This document shows, piece by piece, positions 1-11,809 of a stretch of 64,000 bases of DNA (within the stretch, counting starts at the first letter, position 1; each line of letters opens with the position of its first letter). The notes under the pieces were generated by a model that saw nothing but the letters and a program-made list of their open reading frames with translations, made no database searches and had not been told where the DNA came from. Both the position numbers and the translations under genes were made by a program. This DNA is from Podospora anserina (taxonomy: Eukaryota): contig CM030337.1 in assembly GCA_017654855.1 (NCBI GenBank), positions 4,216,001 through 4,280,000 on the forward strand. Direction: 5' to 3'.

Positions 1-481
1 AACGTATATCGGACGCAAGAAGTACCCGGTCATTTTGGTCTCCTTGAAGATATACCAAAGGCAAGGCCCTTCAAACCACTCTCCAACACTCGACTTTTCC
101 ATAGCAGTCAACATGCCCGAAGCAACCAAACGCACCCAACAGTCCGCTGCAACTGGGCCCTCAGGATTAACCATCCGCGGCTTCTTTACCAAAAGCTCTG
201 CTGGCAGTTCGAGTAGCCAAACAGGTCCCCAGAGACCATCAGCAAAGCCCAGAAAAGATGAGGACGAAGACCACTTGGCTGACGGCTGTGTGGTTTCGTG
301 ACTGTTACAGGACGCCCATGAGGGACTTGGTCCAACAAGCTGATCTTTTCGAGGCCAGACACGTGGATATTGCTGCAGCATATAAGATCCTCTTAGTGGT
401 CGTTGTCTGCCAGTCTCTCGAGTAGCCTCCGGGAACCATACCGATTTTCAAGTCCAGTTATCAACAGCAATAAGCTGTACA

Positions 482-1027
482 ATGCTCGCCGAACAAGTCC
501 CTCAAACTTCACATGTTCTGCTGGCGTCATTCGCAGAGTTAAACCTCGCCGGTAGGAGCCCTGAAGATGCCATCGGCAGGCCTATTGTCCCTGGTCACGA
601 TCAACTTCGTCATATCACCGCAGCCCAGCAGAGCCATCCCACTTCACCAGCCGGCGTCGAGGCTACGAATATTATGGTACCGAACGAGAAACGAGAGTGT
701 CCTGGCTGTGACTGTCCTGCAATATGCGCAGCGTATTCTACTACAACTATTACATCCACCGCCAACCCTCCTTCTGGGGCTGCCCATCGCGAGATCTTGA
801 TAACGGCCAACGGAGACAATATCCACAGCGCATCTGTTGGTATCCACCGGAAAGGCAGGGCGACAAGGAAAAATTCAGGCAACGATTGCCCCGACTGTGA
901 CTTGGACAGCTGCGGGTGTGGGCGTGGCGCTAATGGTGCACGCTCTGCCGGAACGCCGGGACAGGCTGCTGGTATTGCAGCCGGAATGGGATGCGTGGCG
1001 GCGGTGGCAGCTGGATGGTTGTTTTAG
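482..1027 (+). CDS. Hypothetical Cys-motif protein with hydrophobic C-terminus (possibly GPI-type; N-terminus uncertain, may be frameshifted)
   Basis: 181-aa ORF with two CPxCD motifs (ECPGCDC, DCPDCDL), a Thr/Ser tract and a GPI-like hydrophobic tail (AAGIAAGMGCVAAVAAGWLF). No clear signal peptide in this frame. Confidence 0.3.
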   Translation: MLAEQVPQTSHVLLASFAELNLAGRSPEDAIGRPIVPGHDQLRHITAAQQSHPTSPAGVEATNIMVPNEKRECPGCDCPAICAAYSTTTITSTANPPSGAAHREILITANGDNIHSASVGIHRKGRATRKNSGNDCPDCDLDSCGCGRGANGARSAGTPGQAAGIAAGMGCVAAVAAGWLF

Positions 1028-2187
1028 GGACGTTTCCGAGGTTTGAGGAACGCTGGCGTCGTTCTGAGTCATGTCTTGATGTTAGGTTGGCTAAGAAATT
1101 TGCACGAGAATCAGGACTTTTTGGTCTTTTGCTGCAGTGTGCGATAAAGTAAGAAAGATACACGGGCCTTCGCCGTGGGCTGGCAACGATTAGGTATCTA
1201 TGTGTCGGTGTCTCGTCTCTGGAACCATCGCAGTACGGGAGATATACTTGTGCATATTTCATCATGAAACAACAACACCTCTTAAGAAGATGAAGCCTCG
1301 ACCAGGCTAGCACTGCCATATGTGTCAATCATTTTAGTACGTAGCATTGGTGCTAATGTTGACTGCAAAACACATCCCAGTTATGCAGAGTTCGCCCGTA
1401 ACTGGCCAGCTCACTGCAATATACCCGACCAGGTCCCTTCGTACTCGCATGACAGGAAACCGGGGCCAAACACCCTGCTTACCATCACGGTAGCTGTTCT
1501 TTCATGAATTTCCTTGTTACACATCATGTTTTAACTCCGGTAAGAATACAACTACTAGGTATTATCATGCTGGCTTTCATATCGCTAGTGTAAAATATTG
1601 GCACAATGTCCCTTCCAAAGTCCGAGCTCGGACTCTGGCTGCCCAATGGAGGGCTCAAATGCCTGTATCAAGCGTTTTGTATCAGCTCTAGCGTAGGCCT
1701 AGAAACATTTGGGTGGAACTTGTGCTAGCCGTGCCACCGTTAGGACAGAACGTTTGAGGATCAGTCCGACTACTGCACTGCACACTCAACGTGACCTGAC
1801 ATATCCCGGGGCACCACCTTCCCCAGATGCCGACATTGAAGCCAAGTCGGTCAGAGATTGGCGACGCCAGCCTGGGTCTTCCCTACACACAGTGTAGAGC
1901 CGATCTAGTGTGTCTGACAGGCGTTTAGGGAAGTTTTTAGCTGGATGGGGATTGCCAATTAGGATTTCATATGTCATGGTCAAAAGCCGGGGTTTTGGAG
2001 TGTGCGAAAAAGTAGGTATCGTACGGAGTCAAGAAATAATTTATTCGCCAAAAGAAAACAACGCTTGAAAGATATATGCTACATCCACCAATACAAGGCT
2101 TATGCTGGTACAAGTGCCCTCCAAACTCCATGTCCGTTCGCTCCGTAACAAAGGAAAAATGTAAAAAAGGTTCGTTCAGCAGAGACT

Positions 2188-2724
2188 CTAATCGTAGCCT
2201 GTCCCTTTGTTAGCTGTTATTCTACCAAGGAGGCAGTCTATAGAATACTTACGTCCGAGCTGCTTTCCTCTTTTAGAAACCTCCTTGGCTTGCTGTTGCT
2301 TGATCTTGGCCCGCCTGGCCTCCTCCTGAGCTTCGAGCTCCAGTCTGCGGACATGCTCGCGGGCCTCGCGGACACTCTCGCGGGCAGCCATGAGGGCACG
2401 ATCAGCCTCCCGCTCCGCCATCTCGGCACTCATGACCCTCTCACGGGCAGCGACGATGCTGGGATCCATCTCGTTGGCGGAACCGTTGCCAAAGGACCGA
2501 CGGAGAAGACCACCACGACTGCCGCTGGAGCTTCGGGTGCCACGCTCAGGAGAGGTCTGGTAGGTCGAGTTGGTGTGCCGAGTGCTGGTGCTGGTAGTAC
2601 GGGCGGGAGATGGGGAGCGGTGGCGACTGAAGAGGCCATGTTTCTTGGGCTGCTCTTCGTAGACAGGCTGAGGTGCCGGTTGTACCGGCTGCTGGGCGGG
2701 CTCTGATCGAGAGAAGAACGGCAT
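2188..2724 (-). CDS. Hypothetical fungal protein, Ser/Arg-rich N-terminus with C-terminal coiled coil; exons 2724-2253 and 2198-2188
   Basis: caacATG start and a charged helical segment (AARERVMSAEMAEREADRALMAARESVREAREHVRRLE). Intron 2252-2199 reads GTAAGT..GCTAAC..CAG and splices to ...LGRYD*. Confidence 0.75.
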   Translation of the reverse strand: MPFFSRSEPAQQPVQPAPQPVYEEQPKKHGLFSRHRSPSPARTTSTSTRHTNSTYQTSPERGTRSSSGSRGGLLRRSFGNGSANEMDPSIVAARERVMSAEMAEREADRALMAARESVREAREHVRRLELEAQEEARRAKIKQQQAKEVSKRGKQLGRKYSIDCLLGRITANKGTGYD

Positions 2725-3831
2725 GTTGGTATCTGATGATTTGGTTTGGGGGTGTGCTGGTTGTGTTCAGGTTGTGATTGTCACTGAAAAATATTGTTCT
2801 CGGGCCGAGAGCAGATCCCTCAGGGACACCAAGCAGCCTTTTTGAACCATTTTTTGCCCACCTACTGCTGATCATCACAGTTATGTTTTTCAAACCTGCT
2901 TTTGGTGTTTGCCCGACCATCACGAACGTGACGTCAGAAGCAGAATGATGGATGGGCTGGATCGACACCCACACGTCCAATGGGGGGTGAGGCATGACGG
3001 AGGAGGCACGGCAGAGACCCTTTTCCACTGGCCAGAACCGAGTGGGAGGGATGCAGGGTCCAGAAAGCTTGGCCAGATGCCGTGTCCGTCACTCTGGTTG
3101 ATGTAATTGTGCCACCTGAAACGGCATCGTGATTGGTCGACTGACACCAAGCATTTCATGCAAGAAGGGATGGAAGCTTTTTCCAAAACCGAGATGATGA
3201 TGGTATTAAGCTTGAGTAAACTTGGCTTTACTCGCAAGCTTGATCAGGAAGGAAGGGGGGTCGTCTAAGTCTGAACAACTACCGGTACACTAGTGTAAGT
3301 GGGTGTACACGTGTATTCTGAGATCCTTCATATCTAGGTCCTTGAGAGATTGACCCACCGGAGTTGACCGTTGTGGGCAATGGTTGATACGAGGCTATCT
3401 CGACTGTTGGTCTTGACTGGCTCTGACCTCGAGCAACAAGAACCGTTCATCAGTGCCAAGGGAGGCCTCTTTTTGCTGAGATACGCCCGGTGAACAACCT
3501 GGTGAAGTGACATGGTGTGTGGAGGTGACTGCTGAAGCTGACGTGATGTTGAGAAATGCAGGGAAGTGTCTGGGGAGATGGTGGACAGCTGAGAGCCAAG
3601 TGGAAACTGCCTTGTGGGGCGATGACGCAAAGGCCAGGACGATGGGGCAGATTCTTATCGCCAATCAGATACGTACCGACCCGGCTTGGCATGGACTTGG
3701 CGGGTGGACTGCTGCGCGCTGCCAGTCAAGCCTCGCACGCGTTTTTGGGAGATTGAACATGGTCGTCTCTGTCTTTTTTCTTTCTTCCCCTTCACCCCCA
3801 AATCCCACCACCCTGGCCCAACTGCGCCACC

Positions 3832-3884
3832 CCACCATCCACCATCCACCATCCACCATCCACCATCCACCATCCACCATCCAC
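3832..3884 (+). repeat. (CCACCAT)7 heptamer tandem repeat in the 5' leader of the RNPS1-like gene
   Basis: Seven perfect CCACCAT units at 3832-3880 plus CCAC, ending 11 nt before ATG 3896. Confidence 0.95.
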
Positions 3885-3895
3885 GGGCACTGAAT

Positions 3896-5057
3896 ATGGA
3901 TACGGATAGAAGATCAAGATCCAGGGACCCTGTGTCTCGTGACGAACCAGCCGATCACTACCTGCCCGAATCCCGCAATCGTTCCCCATCGCGAACCCCC
4001 TCCGAGGCCATGGATCGCTACGACACACACGACCGCACCTCCCAAGCCCGCTCTCCGGCCCCGCGCAACGGAAGACCTCGGACTTACAGTCGCAGCCTAT
4101 CCCGTAGCCGTAGCCGTAGCCTCAGTCGAAGCAGAAGCCGCAGTCGTAGTCGAAGCTACTCGCGCGATCGCAGCTGGAGTCGCTCAAGAAGTCGCACTCG
4201 CAGTCCCACGCCCCAGGCCAGAAGCACCAAGGCAGGTCGGCCCCCCACGCCTACGAGAACCAAGTTACTAACACACCGTTCTCTGCAGATTGTTGTTGAA
4301 CGTCTCACCAAGAACGTGAACGAAGACCACCTTCGAGAGATCTTTGGCCAGTACGGCGAGATTGAGGACTTGGACCTGCCTCTCAACCGTCAGCGTATGT
4401 TGTCACCTGCCCCCACCGTCTGCTGTGTCACACACACCTTGAGGACTCGTCGACGCTGACATGCACGTGTATATATCTACAGTTGGAACCAACCGTGGCA
4501 CAGCTTACATTTTGTTCTACAACGAAGCCGACGCCGAGGCTGCCATTGCCCACATGCACGAGGCCACTGTAGATGGCGCCGTCATCAACGTTTCCATCGT
4601 GCTACCCCGCCGCAAGCTCTCGCCCGCACCCCCTACAGCTCGCCGCGGAGCAAATATTAACCCGCGTATACCGCCCCCTCATCAGTCCAGACCCTTTGGC
4701 GGCAACATAGGTGGTGGTGGGGGAGGGGGTCATGGGCGTGGATCTGGGCCAGGTCGTCATGGGAACCGTTCTGATACCTACCGTCCCCGTTCTCTCTCAA
4801 GGTCGAGATCTCGGTCACCCGTTCAGGCAGGAGGGAATCATAATCGCAGGCAAAGATCCCCTTCGTATTCATCCCGGTCTCGATCCAGCACTCCACCACC
4901 AGCCCGCGGTGGAGGACGAGGGAGTCGCAATGTCGGTGGGCGCTACGACGGCGACGACGATAGGGATAATCGCAGAAGCGCTAGCCGCGACAGCTATGAT
5001 AGTTACGACCGTAGGAGCAGAAGCCCCAGTCGCCATCGGGACCGTGGAGGGAGGTGA
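3896..5057 (+). CDS. RNPS1: RNPS1-like RRM / RS-domain RNA-binding protein (EJC/ASAP splicing factor); exons 3896-4231, 4289-4394, 4483-5057
   Basis: RS dipeptide tracts flank an RRM (IVVERLTKNVNEDHLREIFGQYG...NRGTAYILF...AEAAIAHMHEATVDGAVINVSIV). Intron 1 is 4232-4288 (GC-AG, CTAAC branch); intron 2 is 4395-4482 (GTATGT..CTGAC..CAG). Confidence 0.88.
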
Positions 5058-7946
5058 TGCTCCAACTCATTGCTGTAGAAAATATTTTGGCGTTTGGAGC
5101 GGGGAACAAGGAACAAAAAGGAATCGCATGGGCATTGTGTTTCTAGTCATGTATCGCTTTTACCAAGCTAATCGACTTCAGGTCAAGGTCAAGAACGAGT
5201 GAGAGCTGGCATCAATCTTCGTGAAGGGCGATTGGGTACGGCTTCAAAGTGAGTGCTCCCACCAGCAATGTGTCCGGCTTGTTCTGTGGTGAATATTCAT
5301 TGAACAAGGTGTCCCCAAACAGCCAATCAGGTCTTTCTACAGATGGTGAAACCCCCAAATGAGGCTGACGGTACACGAAGTTTTTCGCCCCCAAGCATCT
5401 GGCCCATAGCTGTGGCCGATAAAAACGACCCCGTGTCTTCCGATTTCCCTGGCAGCGGAAGCGAGGGTCCTACAGCTAACAGCAACACCATCTTTTTAAG
5501 CGGTTCCCGCACCTGTGTACCCGTTTGACTTCCTATGGAGACACCACGGCCAGGAATAGGCCCATCGTTATTGCTCCAATCACAACCAGGACGTATGGTT
5601 TGCGTTCGACCACCAAGCAACTGAGCCTCTGATTTGATGACTATTTGGCAAAATCCTGAGATGGCAACTCTCCCGCTCTTGATAGACCGTGTTCACCTCG
5701 CTTCGCTCTTTACTGGGTGCTCGGTATCCCAATCTCACCATTCCAGAGCGAAGCCTCAGGCGCTGGCCAACCGGGTGTGCTGCGACGTCTTTGTGGCTCA
5801 AGCGTGCAATCACTTCCTACAGCTCCAGTCCATCATTTCTATGGTGCCGCACATGTGCCGGCTCTGTGCTGACTGGGGCAGACTCGCAAAAGTAAACAGA
5901 TGGCAAAGGAAACGTCAAGCCAACTGTGGCATCATGCTATTTTCAACACTGAAGAACAATGCGGTATTTCTCTAGCACAGGCAGCGAGAAAGTCGCACTG
6001 CGTCATCCTTCAACAGCACTAACAAGATTGTCCTCAGCAATCATCCACAAGGAAGTCTTTGGATCGAGAAAGCTCGGGGAACGACGACATTTGCGAGGTA
6101 GCTTTCTGGTGTCCATCTCGTTATTTCGAAGAGCTGTGTAAGCGTACCATCCATAGGGTATCATCCTTCGCCGTCCTCCTCATTCCACCGAGCTTGGCAG
6201 GATGAGCTCGTGTTGTCACGTTTGTCCTCATTGTTCGGTTACTCGACGAGTTGCCGGTGCTTGATGGCATCACAGATAGTGTTCGTAAAGACGCCTGCTT
6301 GCAAAAGTTCGCTGGCCGAGTGGTCAAAAGTTCTTTGCGAGTGCCAAGCTGATTTTCTACTGATCGCCAGTCAGCCGTATGTGGAGTTGATGCTGCATTT
6401 GGCTATTGTGGGGGAACGCCCCAATAAACCAACCCACGCCGAGTTTGGTGGCATCCCGTCCCATGCAACGCTGGCGTTTTGAACCCAGGAAGCTGGAAAC
6501 GGGCGGTCACTGGCGGTCTTCATGCCCCTGTACACGAGCATGCGTCCTGTAAGGTACCTGGTCCTTGCCGGGCCGCCGTGCTGCGGATCGTCCAATGTTT
6601 TTAGAGGCATCTTCAAGAAACACAGAGCAGGCCACTCAACGATCGATTGATTCGGATTATCCGGGCGAATTTCAAGACCTCGATGACCAAGTAGTAGCTG
6701 CACACTATGTATTGCTTCAAAGCACGGGACGAGGCGGGTGGTATGCAGTTGCCGCCTATTGCCATCCAAACAGCCTACACTATAATACCGCGGGTGGTCT
6801 CCATCATTGTTTCGACGGCTTGCCGTAGACTTGCTCAGCGAGATGCTGTTCAAAAAACACTGAATGGCATTGTTCGGATAGCTCCGCATTTGATCCGTCT
6901 GGCATCTGACTTCCAACAGCCATTGCTAACCTGGTACTTGATATTGGCTCTTCCCCCACATGACTGGTAGGCAGCCACCAAAGCAATTCACAGCCTCTTT
7001 TTGGTGCCACAACTACATACAAATCTTGGGCTTTCACTCAAGTAAGGTTCCGGATCTTCTGCTGTCGTCAACGCCAACATGGCTTGGTATGCCATCAAAC
7101 TCCGTCCCAACCAAGAAAGACACCCCTGCTGCCGGATCCCTTCCCGTCCATGTTAGGCTCTTCGTGTTGTCCAGTGACTCCCACGGCAGGCAACCCTCAG
7201 AGTTTGCCCTTGTTCATGAGGCACTCCCTCGCGATATCCACTTGCCTACTTGGTAAGTCTCGTGCTCGTTGGGTCTTGGTTACACCACCTTACATACCCT
7301 CCTCTGCTAACTAATCCTTCAGTATACACGCCAGCCCTAAGCGCAAGACAGTCTCTTCGTCCGACACCAAGCCGCGGCGGTTCTTGTTACACACACAAGG
7401 TGTCACAAGCGGGCGTGAGTTTTCGCGGTCGCCTGTGGTCTATACTATGCTTACGTCTGTGTGCGATCTGGAGCGAGAGCTTGTGGGTGAAGGGGCCAGT
7501 AATTTTGTATATAAGGAAGGCATGGGCTCCCTCTGTCCTGACGATGTTGATGTGTTGAAGCAGCTCTTCGTCACTCTCACCGGTATATCATCATCATCAT
7601 TACTGGCTCCTGACATCAAAAGCTTCAAATCTCAGCTCAGCTTTATACATACTCGATTTGACATACCTGCACGATCTTGTTGGCCCCGTAACTTGATCAC
7701 GACATAACCATCTTAGTTATTCTTGTTACTCTATTTTGCCATTCCGATATCAGACTTCATACCCTCCCCAAAGCCGCCAACATGCCTGTCTTCGCATCGG
7801 GGGATATCTTTCTCTTGGAACTCCGTGCTGCGAACAGTATCTCGCCCCTGAGAAGGAGTGCTCCTCCCCATGGTCAACTCACCATCAACCCCAGCTTCAC
7901 GCCCACGCTTCCCCCCTTCTTTCCAGTGACAGACTCTCCGTTCAGG

Positions 7947-8042
7947 ATGGCTGATCCTCGCCCGCCCACACCGTCGGGGAACCCACGGCCTGGGCCCATC
8001 ACTCCGGCGCCAAACGTACCTACTCCCCCTGCTACTCCGTAG
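7947..8042 (+). CDS. Candidate 31-aa Pro/Thr-rich micropeptide (MADPRPPTPSGNPRPGPITPAPNVPTPPATP)
   Basis: caggATGG context, 13/31 Pro, upstream TATATAA near 7507 and a downstream T-rich 3'-UTR-like tract near 8440-8510. No homology recognised. Confidence 0.3.
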   Translation: MADPRPPTPSGNPRPGPITPAPNVPTPPATP

Positions 8043-11000
8043 ACAGGAGTTGGCAAAAGTCTGCAAGTTACACCAAGAGCGTCTGTTGGCACGGGACTGG
8101 ACAGCTAACTCAAAGCTAGGATTTTACTTTTTTTGCCGTCCCCCTACTCGGCTATCTACGGTATTCAGTATCATATGATGGATCACAACAGCAATCTTCA
8201 ACATGTTTCTTCGGTCATTCCGTTTCTCTCGCTGCAGTCAGAAGGCGAGGGGGAATAAAGCAATGCCGTAGGGGGTTTCGGATTCGGAAGGTGCGGTCTT
8301 ATTACGGCATGGGTGGACCACGAGATCTGGACTACTACCTGCTCTATCGGCGAGCGAATGATGTATGAAGCAGAGACGGAAGGCGAAAACGGGTAGAAGG
8401 GGGAAGGGGGTGTTGATGGTGGACTCATGATTTGATGACGTCTTTTTTCCCTTTTGCATGTCTTTTTTGTTTCCTTTCCTTTTTCTGGTCTTTTTATTTC
8501 CTTTACTATATGATGGTTTGCCCGTTGAGGGAAGAGCGGGCGTGACTGGGTGTTTAATGATGCATGTCAGATTTGACTTGCAGTGGAACTGAACTGATGA
8601 TGCAGTGCGTCGGAGGTCGAAACCGTTCGGACATACCTACGGACAATGCCATCTACGATACATGGAGGGATTGGGTTGTTGGTGACGTTTGTGGGATCAC
8701 TTCACGAGCAGCTTCGTATCCCAACAGCACACGGCATTCCTTTTTTTCACTTTTGGCTTTTTACCCTTCTTTTCCTCTCTGTACCAATAACCAAGACTTT
8801 CCTTTCCTTTCCTCTTCTTGTCTGAGCGATTCATTTTTAGAATACTAGAAGTTACGATAGTCTAGAATAGGCCTATGCCACGTTTCACAACATCATTTCA
8901 CTACACGATACATTTTGGGCTAGAATTTCGGCTGTGGGAGTTGGTGGCAAGGAGATGTCTGGAGCTCAGGGGTAAACTGCTCCTCTGTGCCACCTTGTGC
9001 ACCAGCCAGCCGAAGAGCTTCGGCCACCAAAGTCAACAACCAACAGCGGCATTTCCAAACCAAGCCAATTATGCCACGGAGCTGCCTTGATTCTGCCGCA
9101 TCCCAAGAAGGATCTAGACAACATTTACGGATTCGTGATCCTTTTGCTGCAGGTGAGATCAAGGCACAGGTGCCGGGGGGTCGTCTAGGACAGGGCTGGG
9201 TGTTTGCAAAATTTTGTCGTTACCTAGGTCAGCAAGGTGAGAGAAGCGGACCGGGCAGATTAAGGTATGTATAGTATATGGGGGTGGCTTTCTCTTCGCA
9301 CCGCTCGGTTTGCCGTGCTGAACCCTGCTCGGCTCCGAGAGCTTGGTCGGTGGCGGCGGCAAGGGTTCGCGGGCAGAAGTTCGGGTTCCTACCTGGACAC
9401 TGTTATGTAACCCCGACTTTTCAGCGTATGAAAACAGTTTTTCTGCCTTGGAACAATGATCACTTTCGCCGGTTGTGATCACCCTTGGTTGGGGGTCTGG
9501 TGTTGCCAGGCACTAAAAGCACACAAAATGTGGAGGGCCCCATCGTAGTTGCACAGAAGGATTTAGACTATGACTACTAGTTGTACAGGCTGCACAAGAC
9601 ACCACGTCTATGACGGACTGATTCAGCGAATATTTGGGGGCAATTTTTGACTTATCAAGGGCAACATATGTAGAGAGCAGCAAAGTAGGACAGAACCCAA
9701 CCCCCCTCAAACTTGTTTCGTCCAGCAAGAAGACGCGTACTGAGCAACAGTATGCCACGAAAATCAAACGACCTTGGTCCATCTCTTGCTTTTGCCAATG
9801 ACCAAGGCCCAAAGAGGATCGGAGGGATTCTAACCGTGGTTACACAACTAACGTAAGTAGTTAAGGCGACGCGGGTAGGTGGTGTAGGGGAGTGGAGGTG
9901 GAGGCAACGCCCCTGGTAGAACTGACTAGCAACCAACAGTTTCTGATGTGCCGTTCTAGTGCATAGTTAGAGACGTTTGTTCAATCGAGCGTTGTCATCT
10001 TGTGACATCAGCAAACGTGTCGGCCGGATGACGCGGTTACGTGACCCGCGCTACCGGAGCTGCGCGGACACCGGGACTCAAGTCCGATGGCGTCGTGGAA
10101 GGCGGGTTCAGCCTTACGGGAGCAGTTCGTCATGTAGCTGGCTGGTTTTTCTGGCGTGAAAAGCTGTCTAAGAGATATGTCCGAGGCTCCGGACGTAGCC
10201 AGGTAGAAGGTTCCAAGATCCGAAGTGGGCGGAGACGAGGGTCCTTTTGCTCCTGCTTTGGGGAACGGGTCTCGGATATCAAGTCCGAATCTGACAAATT
10301 GACTTTGCAAAGCTTCTTGATCACTTGGAAGCCTGAATGAGTGAAGTCATCTTGGTCCACCATGACATCGTCGCTGTGTTACAAGTCAAAAGGATTTACC
10401 GACAGTCTGGTTCGGGAAGGGCCTTGCGCCGAGCTGGGTTGGGTTGATCTGAGATGTGCCGCACCTGCGCTTCGTAGGTGAGCACCCTTGCTTGCAACGG
10501 ATATGCCAAGAGGTTCGTTGATTGTGTTTCCCAGCGTTTCCCAACATGACTTAGGGTCGAGGAACCGCGTTCCGGGACGGGTCGATATGTTTCCGGCTGG
10601 TCGCACGGCATGCTGTTGTTGAACGCTGTTGGCCGGAAGCCAGCACAGCCCTATGTAAAAACATGGGTTTTTGCTTCGTTTCTGTGTCAAGATGAACCAA
10701 CAATTCTTGTACACGACGCCACATCCAACTTGTCGGCCCTCCGAGTCAAGCGGTGAGCTTGGCAGCCAAAGGTTTCTAGGCAGCTGAATTTTGAAGTAAC
10801 TGTCGAGGCACGGGACCGGTGCCGGCGTCCGAAAGGAATATCGGGTCGACTTGGAGGAGGGCGGTGCGGAAAACTTTCGGCCAGGTAATCGTTGGCTTGA
10901 CAGTGCGATGTGTGGGCTCGGCGTGGTGCCTGCCTTTGGCGCTAGAGAGATAAAGAGAACAATATGAGATGAAGGATGAAGGATAATGGCACAGAGACAA

Positions 11001-11809
11001 AGAGCTCCCTCCTCATTATATGAGTTCCCACCTGAGTTAAATTAGTGGCTGGCAATATCCTGGATAAGATGTGAGATGGAGCATTCATACCTGGCTCAAG
11101 ACGATCAGAGCTGGACAGGACCCGGGCTCGCAATTACGAGATGATGTGGTAATGATATGCGAAGGTCACATCTTGGAGTCCTGTTTATAAGGTGTGGCGA
11201 CGGCTCTTCCCGGACCCGAATGAAAGGTTCAGGGCCCCTGAAACATCGGAGTGGTGGTTTAAGTGCCACGCTCAAGGTGGACAAAGAATAAGATATAAGT
11301 ATTTGATTAGATGGATAGTGGTTGAAGATAGCGATGTCCTGTAAATGAATGAGAAGACTGATACATCTGTAGTGCTCAGGGCAATTGCCAGGAAGGGAGA
11401 GCCTTGCCTGCCCCGCCATTCACTGCTTTGGCGGGGCCCCACATTTGACAGATGCTCAGCGGTACCCCCTCCCAACCCATGCTTCAAGATGGCTGATTCA
11501 GCAGCCGATAAGAAAAATCCAGAGAGTTTTGGCCAGATAAAGAGCCGATAAGCACAGGTTGTGCCCAAAAAAAATGCACGCTGTGGCGGGGTGAGCAAGA
11601 CATTTTCTCGGGTCTGCGGCGACACATATAATCTTTTTATCTCTACACCGACTTGCGCCTCACACTTGTCGAGACCAGTTCCCCCTTCGCGCCTGACCGC
11701 AGTGCGCATTTCCAGCGCAGGTTTCCCCCGAGACCCCGTCTGGCCCTGCGTGTCCCTCTTTGCGTTCTCTTGCAGGATTTCAGTCAGCAATAGCGATCCG
11801 CATACCGCC

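Noticed and set aside
113-301. 62-aa ORF with caacATG context
   Set aside because: Low-complexity, short, at the window edge, with no supporting motif.
3655-4028. Minus-strand ORFs with MVDGGWW repeats
   Set aside because: Translation artefact of the (CCACCAT)7 repeat.
5200-7300. Many short ORFs on both strands, possibly a decayed gene
   Set aside because: No recognisable motif or consistent spliced frame could be built.
11561-11809. 83-codon in-frame extension upstream of the NEW1 ATG (possible non-AUG start or prion-like domain as in yeast New1)
   Set aside because: It starts at GTG in promoter-like sequence, is not N/Q-rich and shows no coding bias; ATG 11810 has a good context.
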